From IMG/VR virus record IMGVR_UViG_3300032136_000008, positions 1 through 44,965 of that record: a stretch of DNA of 44,965 nt, one strand, 5' to 3'. The notes under the pieces are model-generated. The model was not told the origin of the DNA and ran no database searches. It saw nothing but the letters and a program-made list of their open reading frames with translations. The stretch's first letter is position 1, and the number at the start of each line of letters is the position of its first letter. This stretch comes from a virus (lineage: Duplodnaviria > Caudoviricetes). The position numbers and the translations under genes were made by a program. Positions 23,830-33,102 of the stretch are shown piece by piece.

Positions 23830-25533
23830 ATGGATCTCGAAAAGCTTCCCCGTTGCTATCCTTCCGGCCCGGTTCCAGCTAAGATCCTCATCGTCGGAGA
23901 ATTCCCCACGGCTGAGGAAATCCACCGCAAGGAACCCTTCGTCGGCGCGTCGGGCAGAGTCCTCACCGACATTCTTCATGAATTAGATATCCTCCGCACC
24001 GAGTGCCGGTTGACCAATGTATCCCCCTGGCGCCCTCCGCGAAATGATATCTCTAAATTCTTTCTAACCAAAACCGAGGCAACAAAGAATGGCTTTCTTC
24101 CTCTTGGAGGAAAATACCCAAACCAAGCCCTTCGCCAGGGGCTTAAAGAACTCGCCATCGAGGTGGCAAAAACCCAGCCGGAAATAATCATTGCTCTTGG
24201 CAACACGGCATTATGGGCGCTGACCTCCGAGTGGGGGATAACTAAATGGCGAGGAAGTGCGCTTACCCTTAACCCGGCTTGGGAGCAACCTTATGATCCT
24301 GATATCCGAGTCATAGCTACTTATAATCCCCTAGGCATCATGCGCTCTTGGGATTGGCGGCCGGTTGCTTGTTATGATATTTCCAAAGCAAAGGAACCAA
24401 AACCTAAGGAACCTGAATGGGACTGGAAGATATCTACCTCCTTCCGCTCCGTTATGATTCAACTTTATCTTCTCAAACGATCCTTGGATCAAGATAAACT
24501 CTCTTGGATCGCCGCGGATATTGAAACCCGAGAACGAACCTTTGTCGACTGTATCGGCCTGGCATGGTCCGAAACCGAGGCCATTTGTATCCCCTTTTTC
24601 CGCGCCTCAGATTATTCCTTCCTCTGGACCGAGGAGCAAGAGGCTGAGATTGTTCTTTTTCTCAGGGAAATCTTTCTTCATCCTCGAACAAAGCTCATTG
24701 GGCAAAACTGGTATTATGATGCTCAATATATCGCTCGCATCTGGGGCATCTTTCCAATCCCTGAATTCGACACCATGGTCGCTCACGCCGTCGCCTATCC
24801 AGGTACACCAAAAAGCCTAGATTATCTTTCATCCATTTATCTCCCATGGCATCGCTATTGGAAGGACGACACTGCCGAAGCCGAGGCCGAGGCCGATGAC
24901 AATAAGCGCTGGGAATATAACTGCAAAGATTGCTGCGCCACGTGGGCTCTACGCGAGCCGATTGAACAAACCCTTAGATCTCAGAATCTTTGGCAACCTT
25001 GGGAATTCGAGCGAGATCTCTTCCGCCCATTGATGGCAATGATTATGAAAGGCGTTCGATTGCATGAAAAGCGGAGGCAAGAATACCTTCCCTTGGTCCT
25101 CGACCAGCAAGCCGATTTGGAAACCTTTTTCCAACAAGTCCAAGCCGAGGCCTTCCCGGATCTTGAACTCGCCAAGACTAAAACTGCAAAACCCTGGTAT
25201 CGTTCCCCAACCCAGATGGTGAAACTTCTCTACCAACACCTCCACCTCCCGACCCAATATCATAAAAAAACCAAGCGCCCGACGACCGACGAAGCGGCCC
25301 TCGCCGCCTTGATGAAAAAGGAGCCAATCTTTGCTCCCTTATTTTCCCTTATTCTTGACTACCGATCCCTCGGAGTCTTTCTAACAACCTTCCTCCTCAT
25401 GCCCATGGACCGGGATAGAAGATGGCGGACCTCCTACAACCCCGTAGGAACGGAAACCTTCCGCCTGAACTCTAAATCCGATTCATTCGGAATGGGAGGT
25501 AATCTACAAAACATTCCAACTGGAGACGACTGA
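23830..25533 (+). CDS. polA: Family A DNA polymerase, N-terminal part: UDG-like domain, 3'-5' exonuclease and thumb
   Basis: ILIVGE.P and PFVGASG (family-4 UDG). DIET / NWYYD / YNCKD (Exo I-III). GTETFRL and NLQNIP at the C-terminus. Confidence 0.9.
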   Translation: MDLEKLPRCYPSGPVPAKILIVGEFPTAEEIHRKEPFVGASGRVLTDILHELDILRTECRLTNVSPWRPPRNDISKFFLTKTEATKNGFLPLGGKYPNQALRQGLKELAIEVAKTQPEIIIALGNTALWALTSEWGITKWRGSALTLNPAWEQPYDPDIRVIATYNPLGIMRSWDWRPVACYDISKAKEPKPKEPEWDWKISTSFRSVMIQLYLLKRSLDQDKLSWIAADIETRERTFVDCIGLAWSETEAICIPFFRASDYSFLWTEEQEAEIVLFLREIFLHPRTKLIGQNWYYDAQYIARIWGIFPIPEFDTMVAHAVAYPGTPKSLDYLSSIYLPWHRYWKDDTAEAEAEADDNKRWEYNCKDCCATWALREPIEQTLRSQNLWQPWEFERDLFRPLMAMIMKGVRLHEKRRQEYLPLVLDQQADLETFFQQVQAEAFPDLELAKTKTAKPWYRSPTQMVKLLYQHLHLPTQYHKKTKRPTTDEAALAALMKKEPIFAPLFSLILDYRSLGVFLTTFLLMPMDRDRRWRTSYNPVGTETFRLNSKSDSFGMGGNLQNIPTGDD

Positions 25534-25721
25534 TGACCTGCGAAGAGCAACAAGAACTTCTTAGTGGATATCTGACCATGATCGAATCCAATACCCAGCG
25601 GCTTTATAAAACCGGCCAAGCCACTCCCGAGCGCATGGCCCTGCATCATGATACCATCAGCCTCTTCAACCGTTGCCGGGAGATCTTGAACCGTGACTGC
25701 CAGACTTCCGAATATTCGTAA
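25533..25721 (+). CDS. 62-aa hypothetical protein inserted between the polA halves
   Basis: TGATG coupling to the upstream stop and GGAG RBS. Overlaps the start of the second half. Confidence 0.6.
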   Translation: MTCEEQQELLSGYLTMIESNTQRLYKTGQATPERMALHHDTISLFNRCREILNRDCQTSEYS

Positions 25722-26460
25722 ATTATTTATCCCTGATCCAGGATATATTATCTGCGATACTGACCTTGATCGCGCCGATTTGCAAGTTGTAGTATGGGAG
25801 GCCAATGACGATGATCTTAAATCCAAACTCCGTGAAGGAGCTGACATTCACCTGGAAAACGCAAAGGACATTTTTGGAGAGCGAGCTGCAAAAGAAAAAC
25901 GACCACTCGCCAAGGCTGGAGTCCATGCAACTAACTACTACGCTTCTCCAAGAACTCTTGCGCGAGCACTGGGAATCACTATTAAAGAAGCCGAGTATTT
26001 TCAATCCCGATGGTTCGCAGCTCACCCAGGTATATCAGATTGGCACGACAGTGTCGAGGCGAGTCTACGCGCGAGCCGAAGTGTCCGGAATCCCTTTGGA
26101 TTCAGACGTTATTATTTCGATCGAATCGACGCTGTGTTACCAGAAGCCTTAGCCTGGATTCCACAATCCACAGTTGCGATTGTAACTAATCAAGGGATTA
26201 AAAACCTATACCACAACGTACCGGCCGTGGATATTTTACTCCAAGTCCACGACTCCGTTGTTTGGCAGATAAAAAAGGCCTTGTTTAATTTCAGGTTGAA
26301 GGAAATCTACCAGGCTCTTCACATAACAATTCCATATCCTGATCCCCTGACCATCCCGGTCGGGCTTAAGGTTAGTGAATCTTCTTGGGGAGAGTGTAAG
26401 GAAATGGATTGGAAGGCTGTGGTGGAGGGAGGGGAAGGTTTAAGGGCGACGAATATTTAA
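25693..26460 (+). CDS. polA: Family A DNA polymerase, C-terminal palm/fingers part
   Basis: IRKLFIPD, motif A DLDRADLQV, motif B RPLAKAGVHATNY, motif C LQVHDS. GTG start with GGGAG RBS. Confidence 0.9.
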   Translation: MTARLPNIRKLFIPDPGYIICDTDLDRADLQVVVWEANDDDLKSKLREGADIHLENAKDIFGERAAKEKRPLAKAGVHATNYYASPRTLARALGITIKEAEYFQSRWFAAHPGISDWHDSVEASLRASRSVRNPFGFRRYYFDRIDAVLPEALAWIPQSTVAIVTNQGIKNLYHNVPAVDILLQVHDSVVWQIKKALFNFRLKEIYQALHITIPYPDPLTIPVGLKVSESSWGECKEMDWKAVVEGGEGLRATNI

Positions 26461-26494
26461 CCATATTCCGCACCCTTTAATTGGAGACCCCCAT

Positions 26495-27736
26495 ATGCCA
26501 CGCAAATTAAAAAACTGGATAGATTCCTATTTATCCTATTCCTCCACTTCCGAAGCCCCGGAGAGCTTTCATTTCTGGACCGCGGTTTCCACAATCGCCG
26601 GGGCTCTTCGCCGCCGAGTTTGGATTGATATGGCGTATTTCCAGTGGACTCCAAATATGTACATTGTCCTCGTCGCGCCGCCAGGAATTGTTTCAAAATC
26701 AACGACAATCTCCATCGGCATGAAGCTTCTTCGAGAAATAGATGATGTCGTATTTGGCCCTGACGCCGTGACATGGCAAGCCCTGACGGAAAGCCTTGCC
26801 GAGGCTTCTAAAGATGTCCTCATCGGAGATCAATTCCACCCCATGAGTTGCATCACCATTGCCTCTTCCGAATTCGGAACCTTTCTAAATCCTCACGACC
26901 GCGAGATGGTGGATGTAATGGTCTCTCTTTGGGACGGGCAAATCGGAGTATGGGAGAAGCGAACCAAAACCCAGGGCAGTGATTCCATTGTCAACCCTTG
27001 GATTAACATGATCGCTTGCACGACGCCGTCATGGATTGCTGGAAACTTCCCCGAATACATGATCGGCGGAGGCTTTACCTCCCGCTGCGTTTTAGTCTAT
27101 GCTGAGGAAAAGCGCCATCTCGTCGCCTATCCCGGCGCGTCAGTGCCAAAGGATTTCAAAACCCTGCAGCATAATCTCATCCATGATTTAGAAATCATCA
27201 GCCAACTTGCCGGGGAATATAAAATAACCCCCGAGGCATTAACCTGGGGCACCGAATGGTATGAAAAACATTATGAGGAAACCAAGGCGGGGAAATTCGA
27301 TCAAGCCCGATTCGGCGGATACATGGCGAGGAAGCAAACTCATATCCACAAACTAGCTCTTGTCCTCGCCGCGGCAAAAAGAAATGAATTAGAAATCCGA
27401 AGGGAAGATCTGATCGAGGCTAATGAACATGTCAGTCTTCTTGAATCCAATATGCCCAAAGTCTTCAGCCTCATCGGCCGAAGTGCAGAGGCAAAGATCA
27501 GCGAAGATGTTTACAGAATAGTGAGGGAAAACAGCGCCATAGACAAACCGGCGCTGTTCCAAACCCTAAGATCAACCTATGGAGTCGATGAAATTGAGCG
27601 CGGATTACGAGGATGCCTTGAAGCCAAACTCGTAACCCAGATTCAAAAGGCCGGAAGGATTATCCTCGTCGACGCCGATTACCTTCTCCGCCAGCGGGCT
27701 CAGCGCGAAGGCTCTTCCCAGGTCCAGTCTGGATAA
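26495..27736 (+). CDS. DUF3987-type P-loop protein, putative replicative helicase
   Basis: SEAPESFHFW, PNMYIVLVAPPGIVSKST (variant Walker A), SSEFG, LWDG and GGFTSR; C-terminal wHTH-like region. Confidence 0.75.
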   Translation: MPRKLKNWIDSYLSYSSTSEAPESFHFWTAVSTIAGALRRRVWIDMAYFQWTPNMYIVLVAPPGIVSKSTTISIGMKLLREIDDVVFGPDAVTWQALTESLAEASKDVLIGDQFHPMSCITIASSEFGTFLNPHDREMVDVMVSLWDGQIGVWEKRTKTQGSDSIVNPWINMIACTTPSWIAGNFPEYMIGGGFTSRCVLVYAEEKRHLVAYPGASVPKDFKTLQHNLIHDLEIISQLAGEYKITPEALTWGTEWYEKHYEETKAGKFDQARFGGYMARKQTHIHKLALVLAAAKRNELEIRREDLIEANEHVSLLESNMPKVFSLIGRSAEAKISEDVYRIVRENSAIDKPALFQTLRSTYGVDEIERGLRGCLEAKLVTQIQKAGRIILVDADYLLRQRAQREGSSQVQSG

Positions 27737-30700
27737 GATTCCATAATATCGGAATAGATTCTTTGCTCCCCTTTCGTCGGCGCCAAGCCCATTTCCGTCC
27801 GCCGCATTTTCACATATCGGCTCTTGAAACTTTTCGAAAGATCCTCTGGCCCGATCCCTCGAACTCCCTCAGGTCGATTCTTATTATATTCATCAATTGC
27901 CTTTCGAACATCAGCAATCCCTTCGCGATCCTTAGTAACTCTAGCAACATAATATTGCGAGTAAAGCTTAGCCCTCCGAGCTTGATAGAACCGAGCAGTC
28001 TGCTTAGCTTCCCACCGCATTTCCTGTTTCCGGGTTAGTTCAACCGGCGTGAAACCTCCAGCCATTCCCCCGATTTCATATAAACTCATCGGATCTTGGG
28101 CGTCATATTCGGCTAACGTGGCTAGATTGTATGCGTCGATTTCTTCGCCCGTCACGGCCGTTCGTGTGGCCCGTGACACGGCTTTTAACGCCGCAGGCAT
28201 GGTCCGTTCCCACCGTTTCCATTGATCGCCCTCATCCGATCCGGCAGCTTTCCATGCGTTGAAAAACAACGACGCCACCGGCCCCCCGGCTGCCTCCAAC
28301 ATATGCCCGGCCGTTGAATAGGTATCGGACATTATGTTGCTCCGATTCAAGGCTTCCGTACCGGGGACCATCGTTCCTAGGGATAGAGACATATGCAGAT
28401 CAAACGGGAACAACGCGCCAAAACCATTATGACTTGCTCCACGGAGAATCAAATCCGGAGCGCCGTCGATGGCGCCAAAGGTTTCCTCTGCCGCAAGGCG
28501 CATTTCTTTCTTAACATCGACTTTCTCATCATCGCCCTCCATTGCTTGCAAAAAGAATTGCATGATATCAATTACATTCTGGGCAAAAGGAAGTCCAAGG
28601 ATTCCGCCAAGAGCAAACATATTCCTCATCACGCGTCGACCAGCGGGATCCTTAAGAACAAGATAACCCATGTGTTGCTGATAAAGCTTGAAAAGAAAAA
28701 GAATCGAAGCTTTTCCTTTCATAAGATTTGGCCGAGCCCAGCGAGCATATTCTCCCTGAGTTATTTCCACAGCTTCTCGGGCAAGAACAAAGGCTTCTTG
28801 TTTAATCCGCTCGGCATCTGTAGGGGCAAGATCAGCAAGCTTCTGGTCACCAAGGAGTTTATTCCTATGCAGCCGATACGACGCCATGAATGTTGTCAAG
28901 CGGTTAACTCTCTCCGCCCCCTGGAACATGGCCATGGACCAGCGTTGCCATTGTCGGATATTTCTATTAACCCCGGCATCTTTTCCTCCCGGCAACCAAT
29001 CCGGGAGAATGCGCTGAAGATTAGATCCCTCGGCATAACCGCCGAGTTCAGAAGCCAGGCTTTCTTCTAGAAACTCTGCCTCGTATCCTTTTTCTAAGGC
29101 CTCGACCAGATCCGCTTCGACGGAACCTTTCTTCCCTCTTGTCCACGCCGCGCGAAGATCCTTAGTCGCCTTAGCCATTTGGGCAATGCTTTGAGTAAAC
29201 CCATATCTTTCCTCTAACCAAGGCTGCGTAGCGATGAACGGCTGGGTCAGGTTAACAAACGCACTTCGAGGAACAAACCCAAGATACCAAATTGTAACGG
29301 CAGAGCGAATATTCGCCCACTCATTCTGCGGGGTCATCAGATACTCATAATGATCCGCCAAATATTGCCGCAGTTTATCCAGCCTAACCGATTCATCCGG
29401 GCCAAGTTTCCTTTTCGCGTGCCCATTAAAATCCCTCATCTGATCCAGGCCATCAAGAATCTGATGCCGGTGTTCGGCCCGAGCAATAAAGTTCCCAAAG
29501 TTCTGCATAAACGCAGCATAGGATCGCAGGGCATCGGAGGAAAATCCAGGGGTTCCTTTCCTCCTTGTCAAACGCTTTTTGAAACTAGATCCAGGAGAAT
29601 ACTCAAGCTTAACGTTTTGAATCCCTCGATTAACATTCGTGATAAAGGTTGCTAGTTCCTCGGGCGACGCGTCAGGTTTCAGAACTTTAGCTTCTTCTAT
29701 CGACATCTCGGCAATCTTATCCAGAATAATATCTGGCATCTGATTAATCCCGCCCTCGGTTTCATCCAAGTAACCGGAAGAAATATCAAAATCACTTGAA
29801 CTAAAATTCTTCTGAATCCACGCCCATTCGCTTGCTTGTTTTTTCTTATTCTCATTCGTTCCGAACCAAACTATCTCTCCGGTTTTAAACTCCCGCCCAT
29901 CAACGGTGACTGGTTTCTCAGCCTTGACTTTAGTATAATATCTCCCAAATCGCATAAGAGGAAAATAATCCCGATTAAGCATTTCTTTTTTCTGCTTAAG
30001 CAAAGCCGCCTCTCGCATCTTATAAGCCACGGGATCATTGGCTAGGGCTTTTTGCGCATCCTTAATCAACACTTCAAACAATTTATTCAAGGCATCAGAG
30101 AAATCCTTCTCCATCCTTTTCCAAACATCAAGCCCTTCGGGGCTGATTCTACTTTGCTGAATTAGCTTTTGCGTTTCGCTAGGATTATTCTTCCTCTGCA
30201 ATTTATCCGATTGCAGAGTCATCATAAAGGCAAATTGCTCAAATGCTTTAAGTTTCTGCTTATCCCGTTCGATCAGTTGATAGGCATATTCCAGCGTATC
30301 CACAGCCCGGCTGACCCAAGTTCCTTTCGCCGCCCACCAGTTTCGAATCCCCTCAACCGTTGTCACCATTCCGGGAATATTTTTAAACTCCCTTTCCAAT
30401 TGCGGAATGGTATAGATTTGCTTCATATGCGCGCGATATTTAGGGATATGCCCGAGAACACTTCGAATAGTTTTCGCCGTCGGAGACTTCTTCGGAATCT
30501 TAGCTGCCGCCGTGATGCGGTTTGCGGTTTGCTCCAGCATCTTCTCATCGCCGACGATAAGAGCCTTAGACCCCAGGGTCTTTTCAGTCTTCGCCATGTC
30601 TTGCATTTCAAGGCGCAGGCGCTCGTTTCGAAAACGCAGTGAATCTAACCACGCGTCGACGCCGGGGTAAGTCTTCTTAAGCTCCGGCCATTTTTTAACC

Positions 30701-33093
30701 AAGTTCTCATACATCTGAACCATCTGGTTCCAGATCTTTTGATAAAACGGTTTGGCAATTTCGCTCTGCATCGGCCCTTGCTTGTACATGGACTTCGCCA
30801 CGCTTTCAGCAATGAACTCGTTAAAGGAATACCAATAATCTATTCCAGGGCCAAAATGTGTTTTAGCCTTATGAGTTTGATCCGAGCCATAAGCTAAACC
30901 TTCTAGCATAAATGGCGCACGCCAAGAGGAGAGAAACTCAGCAGAAGATTCATCCCAGTTTCGATCCCTTAACCACCGGCGATAATCGTTCAGGATTGCA
31001 ATCTGCGTCAATTTATCCGCGCGTTTGAATTCACTAAAGCTAAGCAAATGCCCGAGTTCATGGTGCATTACCTCAGCAATAGCTGCATCTTCGGATAGGT
31101 TATAATCCTTTGCTCGTTCTGCTATGCGTTCGTTGTTTAGATATATTGAAAAAACTCTTTCCGTAGTTCCATCAAAATTCTGCGCGTCGACGAAACTTAC
31201 TTCTCCGAAATTCTTCTGACTTCCCGGAGCCGTTTGCGAAGCATGGGGAAGGATTGCCAAGCGCGTATTTGGCGCATATCGTTGAAGAAAATTATCCGCA
31301 ACAAGTTTGGCTACTTGGAGTCTCTTAGCTTCTATCCGACGGTTTTGTTTATCCGTCTTGGACATAAAGTTAGTTTCATAGCCAAAACCCAGGATCTTAG
31401 ATTCTCCAAGCGGAAGCTCAGATAACCCCGTGGCGGCTACAGTTTCGCCAACAGCACCGGCCATTTCGCGAAGAGTGTTTCTTACCTTAGCTTCATCCTT
31501 AGCCCGACTGGTTCGAATCTCACTTTGCAGCCGCCCAAAAGCCCCTTGCAAATCTCCGCGAGTAATAAGCTGAGCGGTTTCTATAGCCCAAAGCTTCGGA
31601 ACACCATTCGCCATCTTAGCGCCGTCGGAGGCAAGAATTCCTTCAACAAGAGCCTTCTGCATCTCCGGATTCGCCGCGGCGTTTCGCATGGCACGAGGCG
31701 TCGGGTAGGAGAACAAAGTTTCCTGTCCAAAGTCTCCTATATTTTTATAACTATCATCCAGCCCCCGGCGCTCTTCCATGATCCTGGAGCCAACGCTATC
31801 CTCGTCTTGAAGGAATATATCCTCTAAGACTTCATCATTCGCCAGTCGGGCAATTGTTTCATTCGCTTTTCGTTCCTCCTCTACTATGTAATTGAAATAA
31901 TCATCCTCCATATCCGGGGTCTTTTCCAACTCCGGCATGGGGGTGATCGGTTCTTCTTCGAGCTTTTTCTTATCCAATTCTTGGCGAAAGAGTTCAAGGC
32001 GTCGATCTTGTTCCTCGCGAATAGCTTCAGGGGTTAGAGTCGGATCAGCGGAAAGAACACCAGATCCCCCGCCAACGACCCCACCCACGGCGGCGCCTGC
32101 ACCAGCCGCTTGGCCAGCGCCTTCAAAGGCTGCTTGGTTCGGATCAACCTGCCCGACGGCGAGGTTGCCAGCGACTTTTCCACCGCCTTCCTCTAATCCT
32201 TCAGACAAGGTTTCCCCAGCAAGGCCTTTCGCTCCGGCTACTATTTTACCCCCAGCCGTCTTTCCCCCAACCATGGCCTTTTCAAATACACGCCCAAAGG
32301 GAAGGAATTGCGCTCCGACAGAAATTCCACCGGCCGCGGCGCCGGCTTGTTGGGAAAGCTTCTCGGCAATTTGCTTCTTAGCTTCTTCGGCTCCAACGGT
32401 TTTGGAAAGTTCCTGAAACTCCGGATTTTGATTCCAAAGTTTGTCAGGAAGTTTAAGCAAATCCTTATACGCTTCCCCAGCAACATCGGCACCTTGGAGT
32501 CCTGCTCCAGTTCCCACGGCCACCCCGGTTCCAAGGGCAATGGATTTAGAAACTCCGGCAACAAGACGCCCGGCCCCTCCACCGACAACCATAGAGGGAG
32601 CTGATTCCATAATGGCCCCGGCAAGGAGATAGCCATCATTTAAATATTCCCAATACGTCGCGCCGAGTTGACTCCATTCGCCATCTACGGCTTTGACTCG
32701 TTCTTGCATCTCCCTTTGCCGAGTCTTATATTCATCCGAAATTCCCTCTTGCCAATACTCGGCACCCTGCTCCCCTATACGGGTCAGGGCATTCTCAGCA
32801 TCTACTCCGGGCAAATATCCCGCTATGGTTCCGATATTAGAAAGCAAACGGTTTGAGCCGACGCCGTAGAGCCGGGTCATATCCCCTGCAATTGAACCTT
32901 CTACTTTTGGCTGCTTTGGCTCTTGCATCGAAGGATCTATAGTTTCCTCTTGCCCCTGCGCAGCCATTGGCACCAAGGGAGGCAAACCAAACTCCGCCAA
33001 TGGATTCGATTCCACGGGCTTAGTTTGTTTCGGCTCCTCACCACGAAGAGGCACCAACTCCGGAAGACCAAATTCAGCAAGAGGATTAGCCAT
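27700..33093 (-). CDS. Large internal virion/ejection protein with PLxRFG and zincin-like metallopeptidase domains
   Basis: 1797 aa, last late gene. Gly/Ala-rich N region, HHELGH...NEFIAE and YFPLMRFGRY. Confidence 0.8.
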   Translation of the reverse strand: MANPLAEFGLPELVPLRGEEPKQTKPVESNPLAEFGLPPLVPMAAQGQEETIDPSMQEPKQPKVEGSIAGDMTRLYGVGSNRLLSNIGTIAGYLPGVDAENALTRIGEQGAEYWQEGISDEYKTRQREMQERVKAVDGEWSQLGATYWEYLNDGYLLAGAIMESAPSMVVGGGAGRLVAGVSKSIALGTGVAVGTGAGLQGADVAGEAYKDLLKLPDKLWNQNPEFQELSKTVGAEEAKKQIAEKLSQQAGAAAGGISVGAQFLPFGRVFEKAMVGGKTAGGKIVAGAKGLAGETLSEGLEEGGGKVAGNLAVGQVDPNQAAFEGAGQAAGAGAAVGGVVGGGSGVLSADPTLTPEAIREEQDRRLELFRQELDKKKLEEEPITPMPELEKTPDMEDDYFNYIVEEERKANETIARLANDEVLEDIFLQDEDSVGSRIMEERRGLDDSYKNIGDFGQETLFSYPTPRAMRNAAANPEMQKALVEGILASDGAKMANGVPKLWAIETAQLITRGDLQGAFGRLQSEIRTSRAKDEAKVRNTLREMAGAVGETVAATGLSELPLGESKILGFGYETNFMSKTDKQNRRIEAKRLQVAKLVADNFLQRYAPNTRLAILPHASQTAPGSQKNFGEVSFVDAQNFDGTTERVFSIYLNNERIAERAKDYNLSEDAAIAEVMHHELGHLLSFSEFKRADKLTQIAILNDYRRWLRDRNWDESSAEFLSSWRAPFMLEGLAYGSDQTHKAKTHFGPGIDYWYSFNEFIAESVAKSMYKQGPMQSEIAKPFYQKIWNQMVQMYENLVKKWPELKKTYPGVDAWLDSLRFRNERLRLEMQDMAKTEKTLGSKALIVGDEKMLEQTANRITAAAKIPKKSPTAKTIRSVLGHIPKYRAHMKQIYTIPQLEREFKNIPGMVTTVEGIRNWWAAKGTWVSRAVDTLEYAYQLIERDKQKLKAFEQFAFMMTLQSDKLQRKNNPSETQKLIQQSRISPEGLDVWKRMEKDFSDALNKLFEVLIKDAQKALANDPVAYKMREAALLKQKKEMLNRDYFPLMRFGRYYTKVKAEKPVTVDGREFKTGEIVWFGTNENKKKQASEWAWIQKNFSSSDFDISSGYLDETEGGINQMPDIILDKIAEMSIEEAKVLKPDASPEELATFITNVNRGIQNVKLEYSPGSSFKKRLTRRKGTPGFSSDALRSYAAFMQNFGNFIARAEHRHQILDGLDQMRDFNGHAKRKLGPDESVRLDKLRQYLADHYEYLMTPQNEWANIRSAVTIWYLGFVPRSAFVNLTQPFIATQPWLEERYGFTQSIAQMAKATKDLRAAWTRGKKGSVEADLVEALEKGYEAEFLEESLASELGGYAEGSNLQRILPDWLPGGKDAGVNRNIRQWQRWSMAMFQGAERVNRLTTFMASYRLHRNKLLGDQKLADLAPTDAERIKQEAFVLAREAVEITQGEYARWARPNLMKGKASILFLFKLYQQHMGYLVLKDPAGRRVMRNMFALGGILGLPFAQNVIDIMQFFLQAMEGDDEKVDVKKEMRLAAEETFGAIDGAPDLILRGASHNGFGALFPFDLHMSLSLGTMVPGTEALNRSNIMSDTYSTAGHMLEAAGGPVASLFFNAWKAAGSDEGDQWKRWERTMPAALKAVSRATRTAVTGEEIDAYNLATLAEYDAQDPMSLYEIGGMAGGFTPVELTRKQEMRWEAKQTARFYQARRAKLYSQYYVARVTKDREGIADVRKAIDEYNKNRPEGVRGIGPEDLSKSFKSRYVKMRRTEMGLAPTKGEQRIYSDIMESYPDWTWEEPSR

Positions 33094-33102
33094 AACTATT
33101 CC

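Noticed and set aside
25531-25692. Stop-codon read-through or recoded TGA joining the polA halves
   Set aside because: Five in-frame TGA codons would need to be read through, and TGA is the normal stop for many genes in this genome.
25520-25710. Group I intron or intein interrupting polA
   Set aside because: The gap is only ~160 nt with no recognisable P7/catalytic-core sequence and no intein C/S...HN ends. It is filled by a coupled ORF, and the second half has its own RBS.
31500-31530. tRNA T-arm-like GGTTCGAATC
   Set aside because: Inside the large ejection gene, with no cloverleaf around it. No tRNA was found elsewhere.
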